Part shown: one piece after another, positions 11,200 through 23,534 of the stretch
How the letters are laid out: the number at the start of each line of letters is the position of its first letter
Numbering within the stretch: position 1 is the stretch's first letter
Origin: Pecten maximus
Lineage: Eukaryota
Assembly: GCF_902652985.1 (NCBI RefSeq)
Contig: NC_047015.1
Coordinates: forward strand, 46,872,001 to 46,936,000
Direction: 5' to 3'
Length of the DNA stretch: 64,000 bases
Program-made: the position numbers and the translations under genes
The notes under the pieces: generated by a model
Seen by the model: only the letters and a program-made list of their open reading frames with translations
What the model was told of the DNA's origin: nothing
Databases searched by the model: none

Positions 11200-12050
11200 C
11201 AAGCTGTTCACAAAATGTTAAACCCAACAAACTATAATCCAGTGACCTTGATCTTTCGTTGGATGACTTATCCTTTAATTCGGACCAATTTTGCTTCATA
11301 ATGTCAGAACCAAATGCTCTTCACTAAATAGATACAAAATTTGCTTTGACCCTGACTTTCAGTATGTTGATTTCTTGTTAAATTCTGACTAATTTTATTT
11401 CAGTATGTCATCACGAAAAAGTTCATCAGTGAAAAGATACAAAATTTGACATTGAACGTTGACTAAGTGACCTTGACCTTAAGTCAGTTGACTCGTTAAA
11501 TTCCAATCAACATTCTTCATAGTGTCATAACAAAATGTCCACCAGTGAAAAGATACAAAATTGGACCTTGACCTTTGGTCAGCTGACTCCCTTGTTTAAT
11601 TCTTACAAAACTGCTTCAGTGTCACAAAAGTTTTGTTAGTAAAAAGCTATTAAATTTGAGTTTCACTTTTGACCCAGCGATTTTGACCTCTGATCTGCTG
11701 ACCTTGAACTTCAGTCAGTAGACTCTTTGTTCAACTGTGAACACCTTTGCTTCATCACAAATTGTTTCATCAGTGAAATGATGCAAAATTTGACCATGAA
11801 CTCGGACTTGATGATCTTGACTTTTGGTCGGTAGACTCCATGTGTAAATTTGAACAACCTTTGCTTCGTGTCTTAACAAAATGTTTATCAGTGAAAAGAT
11901 GCAAAATTTGACCTTGATTATTCTAGCCGAGTGAGCATTTTTGTGAAATAACCATCTTGATCAGGTTTCATGTGAATTGGTCTATAAATACCAAAGTTAG
12001 AGCCAGGAGCAAAATTTGTGGACGTACAGACAAACTCATTACTATAGGGT
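11200..12050. repeat. Degenerate ~120-bp tandem array (TGACCTTGACC family, Helitron/Helentron-like relic)
   Basis: CAGTGAAAAGATACAAAATTTGACCTTGAC recurs about six times. Confidence 0.65.
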
Positions 12051-13794
12051 AATCATATCTTTGATAAGAGACTAGAAAATATTGATGCCAAATACATGCT
12101 TCACATCAACCACAGAAACTTCACTAATTTCAGGGTAAAATGACCTTTTTCAAACTGATATGATTTGTTCTAAAGACAAGCCGACAACTCCACTAGTTCA
12201 AAATAGGAATTGGCTTAATCTGTATGATCTTACCCAGGTATTGGTTCTCAAGACAGCAGGTTTTTACTTTTCAATTCATTCCTGATTATTTGTTGCATTG
12301 ACAGTCATGTGAAAGCAAAAATGAATGCTCTGTAGTTTTTGAAATTGTCCAAAGCGCAGATGTCGTTCATCATTTACGCTCTAATATCTATAAGTCAAAT
12401 CTACATAAGAAATCTGAGGAAGAGCCCTACAGTAGAAAACTAATTAAGAAAACCTCACACAGAACAATATACACCCATCCGAAGTTTAATGTATGATGTT
12501 GTATATATATACATTCTTGTATTGAATCATAGGACATATCACAAAGTTGAGAAACACTCAACATTTCTACAAAAGAATGGTAAAGAATTAATATTTCCCA
12601 TATTGGGTCCCTACTCCTCAGGCCAGTTGGAGGTCAGACCCACGGTCCTTTGACTATTATAAGCAATTTAAAATACCTCTCATATTGATTTCAACCCCTT
12701 TAGCCCCATGGAAATAATTCACCACTTATTCAAATGTTCCCCTTCCCCATATGATGCTTCTGACAAAATGAGGTCAAATTCCACTCGGTCCTTTATGAAT
12801 AGTAAAAGTTTAAAAGAAAAGTTGACAGATAAATTGCCATTATTATGAAACATGTTTGACGCTGGGAAATAATAGTCCCCCCCTATTAATTCCGACTCCA
12901 GGAAGAAAACTTAACCCCCACAGCATCCATGAATCCAAATATCAGAGTTGACTGATGCCAAAAACTTAAAATTTAGAAACCAAGGCTGATGACAACTCCA
13001 TACGCCAACTCGATTCACACCCTTCTAGGAAAAGGAGCCTTCTCAGAAGAGTAGAAGTTCTACCAGAAGCAGAAGAACTACAAATTGAGTGACAGGAAGA
13101 TATATTCTAGAAGGAGAAGAATGCAAATCGAGTGGGGCTCCAGGCTACAACATAAGCTCCCCCTCTATTTGAGAGGCAAGCTAAAAATGGTCATCTGTTG
13201 GCAATTAAGTTTTCCCATCAGTCTCAATTTAACATGCACATCTATATTCCAAAGGGAAACAATACAACTGGGGACCAACAGGAATTTGCATATGACATTT
13301 TAGAAAGATCATGGACGAAGGGCAATTTGAATAGCCTAACATCATCAGAGACCTATTGCCCTAACAAAAAGACAAATACATGTAGTGATGTAGCATTATT
13401 TTTTCATCTATAAAAATCAAGATTTTGCAAGAACAAGTTTTCATATTTGCACACAAACATGTACATTTATTATAGGAATATTATTGAATGCTATCTAAAC
13501 ATTTTCATTTCTGATCCGATATTTTTGAAACTTAATTTAATTGTTGAATTAGGTTTCATTTAATTTTTACATCTCAAATACTATGTCCAAGTATAAATGT
13601 CAATAGACTTTCGTATTTCACAAACAGAATTTGGTTTTAAGTGTTAGGTTTACACCTTGACATCTTCATCAAACTAGTGAAGCAAGTTGTACACCGAGGG
13701 GGTAACTGTGTTAAAAGTTGATGCGGCTACTCTGTGTAGAAGTTGTTGTACACAAAGGTGTTAGTGTACAAGATTTTTTTATCAAACTGACAGC

Positions 13795-14435
13795 TCTTTT
13801 TATCTACACTGTAATGTACACCAAGGTAGTTATTGTTGTTTTTTTTATCTACACTGTAATGTACACCAAGGTAGCTATTGTTGTTTTTTATCTACACTGT
13901 AATGTACACCAAGGTAGTTATTGTTGTTTTTTTATCTACACTGTAATGTACACCAAGGTAGTTATTGTTGTTTTTTATCTACACTGTAATGTACACCAAG
14001 GTAGTTATTGTTTTTTATCTACACTGTAATGTACACCAAGGTAGTTATTGTTTTTTATCTACACTGTAATGTACACCAAGGTAGTTATTGTTGTTTTTTT
14101 ATCTACACTGTAATGTACACCAAGGTAGTTATTGTTGTTTTTTATCTACACTGTAATGTACACCAAGGTAGTTATTGTTTTTTATCTACACTGTAATGTA
14201 CACCAAGGTAGTTATTGTTGTTTTTTTATCTACACTGTAATGTACACCAAGGTAGTTATTGTTGTTTTTTTATCTACACTGTAATGTACACCAAGGTAGT
14301 TATTGTTTTTTATCTACACTGTAATGTACACCAAGGTAGTTATTGTTGTTTTTTTATCTACACTGTAATGTACACCGAGGTAGTTATTGTTGTTTTTTAT
14401 CTTCACTGTAATGTACACCAAGGTAGTTATTGTTG
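13795..14435. repeat. Minisatellite, 15 x 40-45 bp
   Basis: Unit TATCTACACTGTAATGTACACCAAGGTAGTTATTG(TTG)Tn, nearly invariant apart from the T tract. Confidence 0.95.
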
Positions 14436-14780
14436 CAGCGTTGTTAATAACCTTATCCGACTTGTTGCTACATTTCTAGATGGCTTCATTCACCTGCCAC
14501 TTCAACAATATTTCTCTCTTTGTCATTAACTTTAGAATTTCCCCAGTTACAAGATGATTCTGTTGTGCTGCACGATCTGTGATTGCCAATCTATTGATCT
14601 AGATCTCTAATAAACTAGATCAGAACGGAGTTTATTTATATGGACACAATAAATACTTATGAGAATTTTAGTGTACTATTTTGCATGTAGAATTTTATAT
14701 TACATTGTAGCTTGTAAACCTTTATCCAAGATGAGGTAAGCTAGCGACCAAAAAGAAAACTTTGGTGGCATTTAACAATA

Positions 14781-15394
14781 CCGTATTTGACCTAATAAGG
14801 GGGCCTGCCCTAATAAGGGAGCCCCTACCTTTTTTCAAGGAAATAAATCTTTGACCGAGTGTCAAAATGGTGTTCAAAAGTAATAATGCATGTGAAATGT
14901 TTTGCTACTCTATGTGTTCAATTTTCTTCAGCAAATTAAGTAACTGGAGTACAAGTTTTCGCTACATTTTGTCTATTCCTACAGATGACATGTCAGTGCA
15001 AAGAGCATCCGAAACTAAACACACATACAAATAATAACTTACCATCTTTATTTGAAGATAAAGTAAAACACTTCATTCTTGTTGATCACCTGTGTCTATA
15101 AATAGAACACAAAAGCGTTCCATTTGAACATAAATGGTGGAACACACTGGTCTAAAGATCAGCTGGCATGGTTTACATGTTTACAGGAATAGTCAAGTGA
15201 TGTATAAGCTTAATCTATGATAATGAATAGGTATCTTCATCTGGAATATTTTTGTGACCGAATATTTTACCGTTTCCACAGCCTTCGGTATTCTGCTATA
15301 AGGTATAGTCTGTTTCATAAAACTTCAGAATAATTAATCTTAATAAGGGCGCCCCCACTGTCAATTACCCGCGCCCTGCTTAGGTCAAATATGG
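14781..15394. mobile_element. Tc1/mariner (pogo/Tigger-like) MITE
   Basis: TA|CCGTATTTGACCTAA ... TTAGGTCAAATATGG|TA, with subterminal TAATAAGGG repeats. Confidence 0.85.
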
Positions 15395-15887
15395 TATACA
15401 CATCACATTCAAGCATGTCTTGTAAAAATTGCATTTATTGTACATTTATTTCACATTATATATTAAGATTTGTATGATACACATGATTGATTTAAAGACA
15501 AATCTTTGTCATAAGAGTTCTATATGTACAAAACAAAATTTGTGCACATCAAACATGCTATTTAACTTGCTGTCGTCATAGTGAAGAATTGGTAACTGGT
15601 TGATTTCACTAGATAAAATGAAAGTTCATAAAATGATCAATACTATCAGATCGTTGCCACCTGTTGGAGTTGTATTAGAACGTAGGCCATGGACTAGCCA
15701 CAGCTGGTGTCTTCTACAGTCACGACGGTATGCCCAATGAGTGTTGACCGGATACTCCCTATGTATAAAATGCATTGTTCATACCAGTACGTAAAAGAAT
15801 GTCAATGAGGTGACATGTCTGGCCGACACATCAAAATGTATAAATAACATGGAAAATAAACATAAAATCTGACAGAAACAATGGGGG

Positions 15888-18800
15888 TCATAATCTCTTC
15901 AGCACTTTCTTTTTCTCTTTTTTCTTTTTGTCTATGAGTTTTTTGTCACCGGCATGTTTTTTCGCCATTGGTCCTTCAATGTTTCCTTTCAATTGTGATG
16001 ATAAACCTGAATCTGTTGATGCTCTGCAAATAAATAATTTGGATATTAAGATCTGTTAATTATAATGGAACAGGTACATTATCTCCATTGAGTAATTCAT
16101 CATTAAACTGTTCCCTATAGCTACAGACCATTATATTATATACAAATAAATGGACCTCTGATTATAAATCTTTTTTTTTCATTCTACAATTTTCTGTGTT
16201 CCTTAAGCTTTCATTCTAAAATTTTCTCTGTCAATTGTCAGCAAGTGTGATTAAAATAATTGTGTTCTGAGCATTTTACTGACTGTGACATTCAGTGCTC
16301 GCTGAAGTTTTTTTGGTTTTGTATAGATATTATTGTGGAGTGCCTAGTAAAGTCACAACACTCGTTAAAGTCATTCTATATGTAAGTAGTAAATCATCAT
16401 GTTTTAGTACCTGTAGTAAGAACGAAGTAGGCCTTAACCCACATGTATACAAAACTTATGTATCTGTCTGTTTTATGCAATGTAATGCACTTTGAAGAAA
16501 TCACACAAGACACCCTGACATGCTCTAACAAACAAATAGATTACATTATCATAAATCATATTTCATAGTTTATGAACATTTTGATTTTACAGCAACTAAT
16601 TATTCTTCAAATATCCTGAAATTTAGCAGGTGTGAACATCTTTCCCTAGTATACTTTTGCAAACAAGTGGAAAATCTAGCTCCGTGTAGTGAATACAAAA
16701 TCTGTTTATCATGAAAACAGGAATAAAATAGGAACGTGCATTTACTGCATTTGTTTAATGGTACAGTCGAACCTGTGTATAAAGGACACCTAAGGGACAA
16801 GGCAAACGAGTGTCCTTTATATAGAGGTTCAACAAGTTATGTCCCTTATAAACGAAGAAACAAACCACAGTCTGATTACAGTATACTATATATCTCTTGA
16901 TTTATTATATTTTAACACTAAAACAAATGAATAAAAAACAAATAATTAAGGATAAATTCTTAATAAATTTTCAATTATTCATCTGACACAAAAATTGAAG
17001 TTGATAGTTTTAATAATCTGTATTTAGCCTATAGTTTCAAAAGAAATCTTCACAATATCATACTATACTGAATATCTATTCAGACAAATACTCAACGTAG
17101 TCAAAAAAGTAAAGGTAATTCTTATTAAAACAATTTTCATTAATCATCAATATATTGGAAAATAAATATGTTTGAAATATCTTTTCTATTACATCATTAA
17201 CCCTTTATAAATGAAAGTCCTTTTTCATCTGATAATTATAATCCCTAAGCATTGATTTTCCTTTATAAATGAAGTGCATTTTCCTCTGATAATTATAATC
17301 CATAAGCATTTATTTGGAGAAATATTTTCTGAAATCCATGTAGGGATTTAATTTAATAAATACTGTTTTCTGGTTCAGTCAATTACTATGGTGTAGTTAG
17401 ATTTGAAGAATGATGGGAAGCCGACCTCCCTGATAATGTGAAATTTTGGAGGCAGAAATCTGTACTTGGCTGTATTTCCTATTAAAGTACCCATCTATGT
17501 TACATTCTGGGAAGAACATTTGATTATATACTATTTAATATAGACTCATCATTCTGAGGATTGCAGAAGGAGTATTTCTATCAATTAGTATTGTTAAGAA
17601 TGCTTCCAGATGAATCATTTAAATTGAAAACTTACTGAATTCCAATCATTTGATACTTACTTTGGAGGTTTTGCATGTATGTCTGTATATAATTTAGCTC
17701 TCATTGAATAATCTTCGTATTGCTCCAGTAAAAGTTTCCCCGCCTCTTCATTTAAAGCAGATTCTGGGTTAGGGACTATCAAAAGGCATTTAACGGTCTG
17801 AAAATACAATGAAAACAACACATTTGAAAACTTCAAATACAAGTTTTTAACAATAAATACCATCTAATTCACACATTTAGACTGCTTCACAAACACAAAG
17901 TTGAGCCAATTTACTACTATAAATTCTCCTGAATATATCCCTCCTCTATTTCTGCAATTCAGTTTTTATTATCCGACAAACATAAATAGTGATAAAGGTA
18001 GGAATTTCTCAAAAAGTATTAAAGTGAAAAATAATTATAGATCAAGTCTTAAAGTTTTTGAATCAAATTTCATATAAAGAAAGATTTACATTAACCTTAT
18101 ATTTGTACAACCTATTTGTATGTTTACATTGTGCCGATAAATAACGGACCACTGCTCCATTTACCAGCCCTAAAGGCTTCAATATTACGTCTCTTATTCT
18201 TTGTAAGAAATGTTTTCCCTTTTGAAAAGTGATCTAAGCACGGAAAAATACTGGTATTTGGAAATAATATTTAGGCATCATCGCCGACTATAATACTGTA
18301 GTAACCAGTATCAATGCTATTTTTACACATCCCTATCCATTTTTGTGCCAATAGTACCTAATCAGGTCCAACTGTTAACTTTGTGACACTACATACAGGA
18401 ACCAATCTAAGTAAAATTAGACTTGTAATTTCCACTCCTCTATGATACACTTCAATACTAGATCTAACGATACCCTGTAGAAGGTCATCTCAGCATGACA
18501 TTTGAGCTTCAAATATAAACCGATGAAAACTGGTCAATGACGTCATTAATCCACCAATGACAAAGAGTCTTATACGAGCCTTCAGTTGCGTCTCCTTATT
18601 ATTTGCGACTCAATTCAGCGCTTGATTTGAAATATGTCAGGGCATCCAGTAGACCATTGAGAGTATGTTTTTGACTCCCCAAATTGAGATCCGACTCTTG
18701 GGCTTGAAGGATATGTCTATTTGCCATAATGGCCACGGTAATAAAAATGTTGTTAATCTTCTGGACGTTATATTGAAATTAAAGAAGAACAGAAAACTAT

Positions 18801-21800
18801 TTAACAATATCTCATCGACAGGACGGATTGTGTTGCCAACTGGATTTCAAAAATCGTTACTGTACACGTTATAATTATACAGTATTCCATTTCAAACTTT
18901 TTTTCACCACACTGTCTATCTCTTGTTTGATGCAGGAAAAACCAAACGGACAGCAAACGTTTGTTAAATTATCAATTTGTGTAATGAACGACAACTCTTT
19001 GTGTGTGTGCGCCATTTTCCAAAACAAACCCAAACGACAATAACATGTCACGGTCATTTAAGACAGTCTATTGCTTCAGCAGTTCATCATCTATGATCAA
19101 ACAACTAATATACTCATAGCAGGAACACAACGCATCTCGAGACGATAATGAATGTTAATTGAAACGATGACATTGTACATCGTAGTGCCAACCCACGCGC
19201 GTATGACCAATAGTATCGGACCCAGAGACTCGGAGTGACAAGTAGTAAACGATGAAGTGTATGCAAATATTTGTACATTTACAAAGAACAACAACCCATG
19301 TATTTCGTATTTACTCTTATATTCTAAATAATGTTGTTTTTTAAAAATATATTTTTAATGCAAATAACGTAACAATCATAAAGCGCCCATTTTGAGTACC
19401 GACCCGACGATCTACAAAATGTATAAGAGGGGCCAAAACCCAACTCCGCCTATACGAATACTCCGGTTATTTGCATATTTTGTCGTGGAAAAAGGGGTAT
19501 GCAAATAAGCGGGTTGCTCTGTATTTCTATTTCCGAAGAATGAAAGCACACCGAAAATTTCACATGCTGAGATGACCTCCTACGGGGCATCGTTAGATCT
19601 TGTATTGAAGTGTATCGTAGAGTATTGTAGAGGAGCGGAAATTAAAGTCTAATTTTAATAAGATTGCTACAGGAATATAGCTAGGTTTTCTCAATAATGT
19701 ATATTTCAGATATCTCACTCTCGTCTATTGAAAAGGAAATGTGTATTTTATTCGAAGAATAGGTATTAATTCAAACAAGCCAGATCCAATACTTTTTACA
19801 GAGTCTTAGTCTCATTTCTATAAACCTGTTGAATCCCTGGAGTTAAATTCCTTTATTTCTACTGTCACATCATCACACTGTGAAGTGCTAGTTTCTATCA
19901 ATGTATCATTTATATCTTCAGTCAGTACAGAGGTGTCGTCACTTACAAGAAGTATATGTTTGATTCCAAGCTCTGGCTTCCAGTCTTTCTTTAGAGTGTT
20001 CACACAAATCTCCCCATTGCTTGCAACATTTGGATGAAATATCCGCGTAACAAAGAAACCTTTTGGTGGTTCTGAAGGAAAGTTTTTTCCTAGCACAAGT
20101 TTCATTCTAAAAAGTCCACCAGCATATGGAGTTCCCGCTGAAACAGAGAATGAGCATATCCATAGTTAAGAAAATTTTCATATTTTTATTTTATTTTGTA
20201 TTGAATTACCCAAGTACACACATTATGTTAAAATGTTATACCAATCCCCCTCCTCTAAATAAGGTTAGTTATAGAGGTTTATAAAATGGTTACAAATATG
20301 TGGGCAAGACTTTTACTTGATAGCATGATATAACTATATATGACACAAAAACCATTGACTATTACTAAATAAACAACAATTTTCTGTCAAACATGTAACA
20401 TTTCTCATCAATTTGATTAACATCTTTACATGGTGTCAGTTCGAAATACTTTTACAGAGTGTGTAGAGGTTTGTTGGGTTTACAACCCTTTGAACAGCCA
20501 GGTTCATTTTAAGGTGCAGCCTTTTTTAGTTTAGTCGCCTGGAAAACAACCTCAATGAACAACACACAGTGCAATTTAAGGATGTTACGGTTAACCAAAA
20601 TTTAATGTAACCACGGTTCAGAAGTTCACCTTTCGGTTCAGTTCAAAATTCCTATATTTTGGTTCGGTCCTAAATAAGTACATGTAGTTTGCAGTTGTTT
20701 AGTGACAGCAAATTAAGGACAAAGGTGTGTATTAAATGTGTCATATCTTGAATGATTTATGCCTGTGAGTCCGTACTGTGTAAAGGTGCAACCCCAATGG
20801 TAAGTACAACTGTACATGTATTCTTTAGGATTGTTCGACATGGTGACTTTGACTTTCTTGTAGCAGACGGCCTTATGCACAAGATGGTAACTGTACAAGA
20901 AATATTAATCAACAAAAATTAAACACTTCTCAGGATTTATATATTTATATTATATATTTTAATACTCATGATCAATAACATATGAAGAGGACTAGTAGAC
21001 GATTGCAATTATAATCAGGGCATAACTGTGACATTTTAACACATCTAGAGTGGACAGGTACTTTATCGAAGCCCTGATAACTATGTGTTTTACTAATGTG
21101 TTTTGTTTTACATAATTTGCTTGTGTAAATATTCTACTTATGAACCGAAAAAAAACGAACTGTGACATCCCTAATTGGGCAAAAAAGTCCCAAAGACACG
21201 GTCACAACAGCTCAGGATATATCACGGTGATCACAGCTTCCCGAGAAACACAAATTGTATACCCTGCCTTGGGATCAAGCCACACACATCTTCACCAAAG
21301 GTTGTACTGTCTCATGATCAAGCCCTATAACGACTGAGCTATTGAAGACCATTGAGGAAACATATTATATATGTACATAAGTACAAAATCCAAAATTTAA
21401 TAGGTCACTTTGTGTATAATTGTACCTGGCCCTTCAATCTGTGCCCGTATATCTGTAATATCTTCATCACTTGTAAATACTTTTATGCCTTCAGGCGGAT
21501 CACTACAAAGTTCTCCTAGCTCTCGAGCTACTTGCCGGATTACTTGAGGTGATAAATTCTCAACGTTTGAACACTGAAAAAGAAACAACAGGTTAATTAA
21601 TCATTGTCTTCTGACTTCAGTCTATTTGTGGACAAATATGAGGACATTCAATTGACCCCGAAACTAGATTTGACTCTTGGTTTGAAAGAACATGTAAATA
21701 TGTTAAGAGAAATAATGATTTGACTTCTCTTCTATAGACCTGGCATATGATTATGAATACAGCAAGAGTGATTGGAATATGACTACCAATAACCAGTAGC

Positions 21801-22583
21801 ACAGCTAGTCAGTGTAGTTCTGAGTATTTTTCTATCTTACATTAATATCTCCCTCATGTGATATGTACAGTACCATAATGACATTCATGACCAATCAAAA
21901 CCAGTGTCTGAATGAATTTAAAATCGAGATATATACTGCTTTTGTTCCAAGATATGTCCACATTTAAATTATGCACTGTAAAACTATATCATGATCAGAT
22001 GTTCAAAAATTGAGTATTTGAAAATAACTCCATGGGATCAAGTTATTAATTCAAAACTAAATGCTGTGGGAGGAAACTGGAGAACACCCACGTGGTCGGA
22101 CAAGTAACCTCATACCTTTTCACCTCTGATCAGGGAATCAAACCCTGGTCGTCTGATGAAAGGCAATTATACATGCATATGTGTTACCTCTGTATACATA
22201 CCAACCGACCACCTTTAACTATATCAAGAATATATAGAGAAAACATGGTCAGTGTCTTAAAATATGTAAAGTATGTTTTGCTCTTTCTGTCCAGAGCAAA
22301 AGATCATAGCCATATGTCTTCCATTAATTAATCCTAGCCAAAACAAAGTTCATATTCTAAGACACTGAGTCCATGTAAGCTACTTATCCTGCAAAATTAA
22401 TTGAAAATAAACATATTTCAGTAAGATTTATCATCAACAATGTTCTGGATATATGTAAAATAATGTTTGCCTGAACCATCGCCTTCAGGCGCATGTAGTC
22501 TGAAATAGCTCGTTTAGAGCGTTCCTTCTAGAATTCGGAGATCCCAAGTTTGAGTCCATGTCTGGTCTTAAATTACAGACCCC

Positions 22584-22614
<31 letters not shown>

Positions 22615-23123
22615 ATCAGCTGTTAAGTTGTCATCACATGTACATCAGAGTTGAAACGAGGAACATGACCGGACATAGCACATCATGGATCCTGATGTAG
22701 GTATATTGATCAGTATATACATTTGTTTAATTAGAATATTGCTGCTTCTGCTTCATTTTCGGTTCATTACCATACGTACAGTCATGACTGATGGAAATTT
22801 ATAAATAACCACGTAATCAAATGTTTACTTCCCGATTACGTAGTTACTTGTGATTATTCGTGCCGTATTCGTTATAGAAATGTACCTGATTGCACGTGCG
22901 TTAATAGTTTGTATTCGATGTTAAAACAAAAGTAAGTGAATAGGATATTATAAATATCATTACAAGAATCGACATGACAGATTGTTTTTGTCGTCAAAGT
23001 CGCGTATTGAAATTATTCAAACTCATCATTGTTTTATGATCGATATGAATGAAAATATGAAAAGAAACACAGATAAAAGCGACAGTCCTTGTGTTAAAAT
23101 CCATCCATACTTACACTTGACAT
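15888..23123 (-). CDS. UBE2S: Ubiquitin-conjugating enzyme E2 S, ~206 aa
   Basis: Exons 23123-23115, 21573-21426, 20137-19947, 17797-17661, 16023-15888 total 621 nt. Motifs [50 protein letters not shown] and basic tail [14 protein letters not shown]. Confidence 0.96.
16764..16850. mobile_element. Tc1/mariner MITE fragment
   Basis: TA|CAGTCGAACCTGTGTATAAAGGACAC with inverted GTGTCCTTTATATAGAGGTT. Confidence 0.5.
18402..19667. mobile_element. Long-TIR non-autonomous DNA transposon, copy 1 (UBE2S intron 3)
   Basis: ~100-bp TIR (CAATCTAAGTAAAATTAGAC..GGTCATCTCAGCATG). 8-bp TSD TACAGGAA at 18394-18401 and 19668-19675. Confidence 0.9.
20577..21173. mobile_element. hAT-like MITE nested in an older SINE
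   Basis: TIR TAAGGATGTTACGGTT / AACTGTGACATCCCTA. SINE 3' fragment at ~20466-20540 and tRNA-like head at ~21255-21350 flank it. TSD not preserved. Confidence 0.6.
22060..22215 (-). mobile_element. Degenerate tRNA-derived SINE
   Basis: GGGAGGAAACTGGAG core and B-box-like GGTTTGATTCC on the minus strand. Confidence 0.6.
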
Positions 23124-23534
23124 ATCTCTGCTTGATTTGGCTCAAAATGCTCACAAATATCACAGTTAAATTTGAGTGTGAGCCAAAGCTCGGTTAGAAA
23201 TTTTTTCAGTGACCCCAATAATTTCGAATTTTACAAATATTGAGATCCCGTTGCACGAGACTTCAAAAAAACCTTTTTCGAAGTATTTTTAGTAGATAAA
23301 AGAGAAAGAATATCAAATTATAGATATTTTATAATTCAATAAAATAGAAAAAGAAAACGCATTCATAAAATAAAACATTCTCGTATTAACGAGAACGAAA
23401 ATTGATTTAACGTTCGAAATGGAAAACGCCCGAAATGTCCATTCGGTCATAGATTTTATTCGGAATGTTTCGAGTGTTTACGTTGCACTAATGTAAATTA
23501 TTATAAACAAAATCTTCATTGATTTGCTAGCAGA
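23124..23534. promoter_or_regulatory. Bidirectional promoter UBE2S/ARL6IP1
   Basis: 411 bp between divergent ATGs, CpG-enriched relative to flanks. CHR-like TTTGAA on the minus strand at 23262-23267. Confidence 0.6.

Noticed and set aside
13795-14435. CRISPR-like regular array
   Set aside because: No unique spacers (only T-tract variation), no cas genes, and an animal context; it is a minisatellite, and its ORFs are repeat artefacts.
22490-22565. tRNA gene
   Set aside because: Only degenerate A/B boxes with no intact cloverleaf; likely a SINE head.
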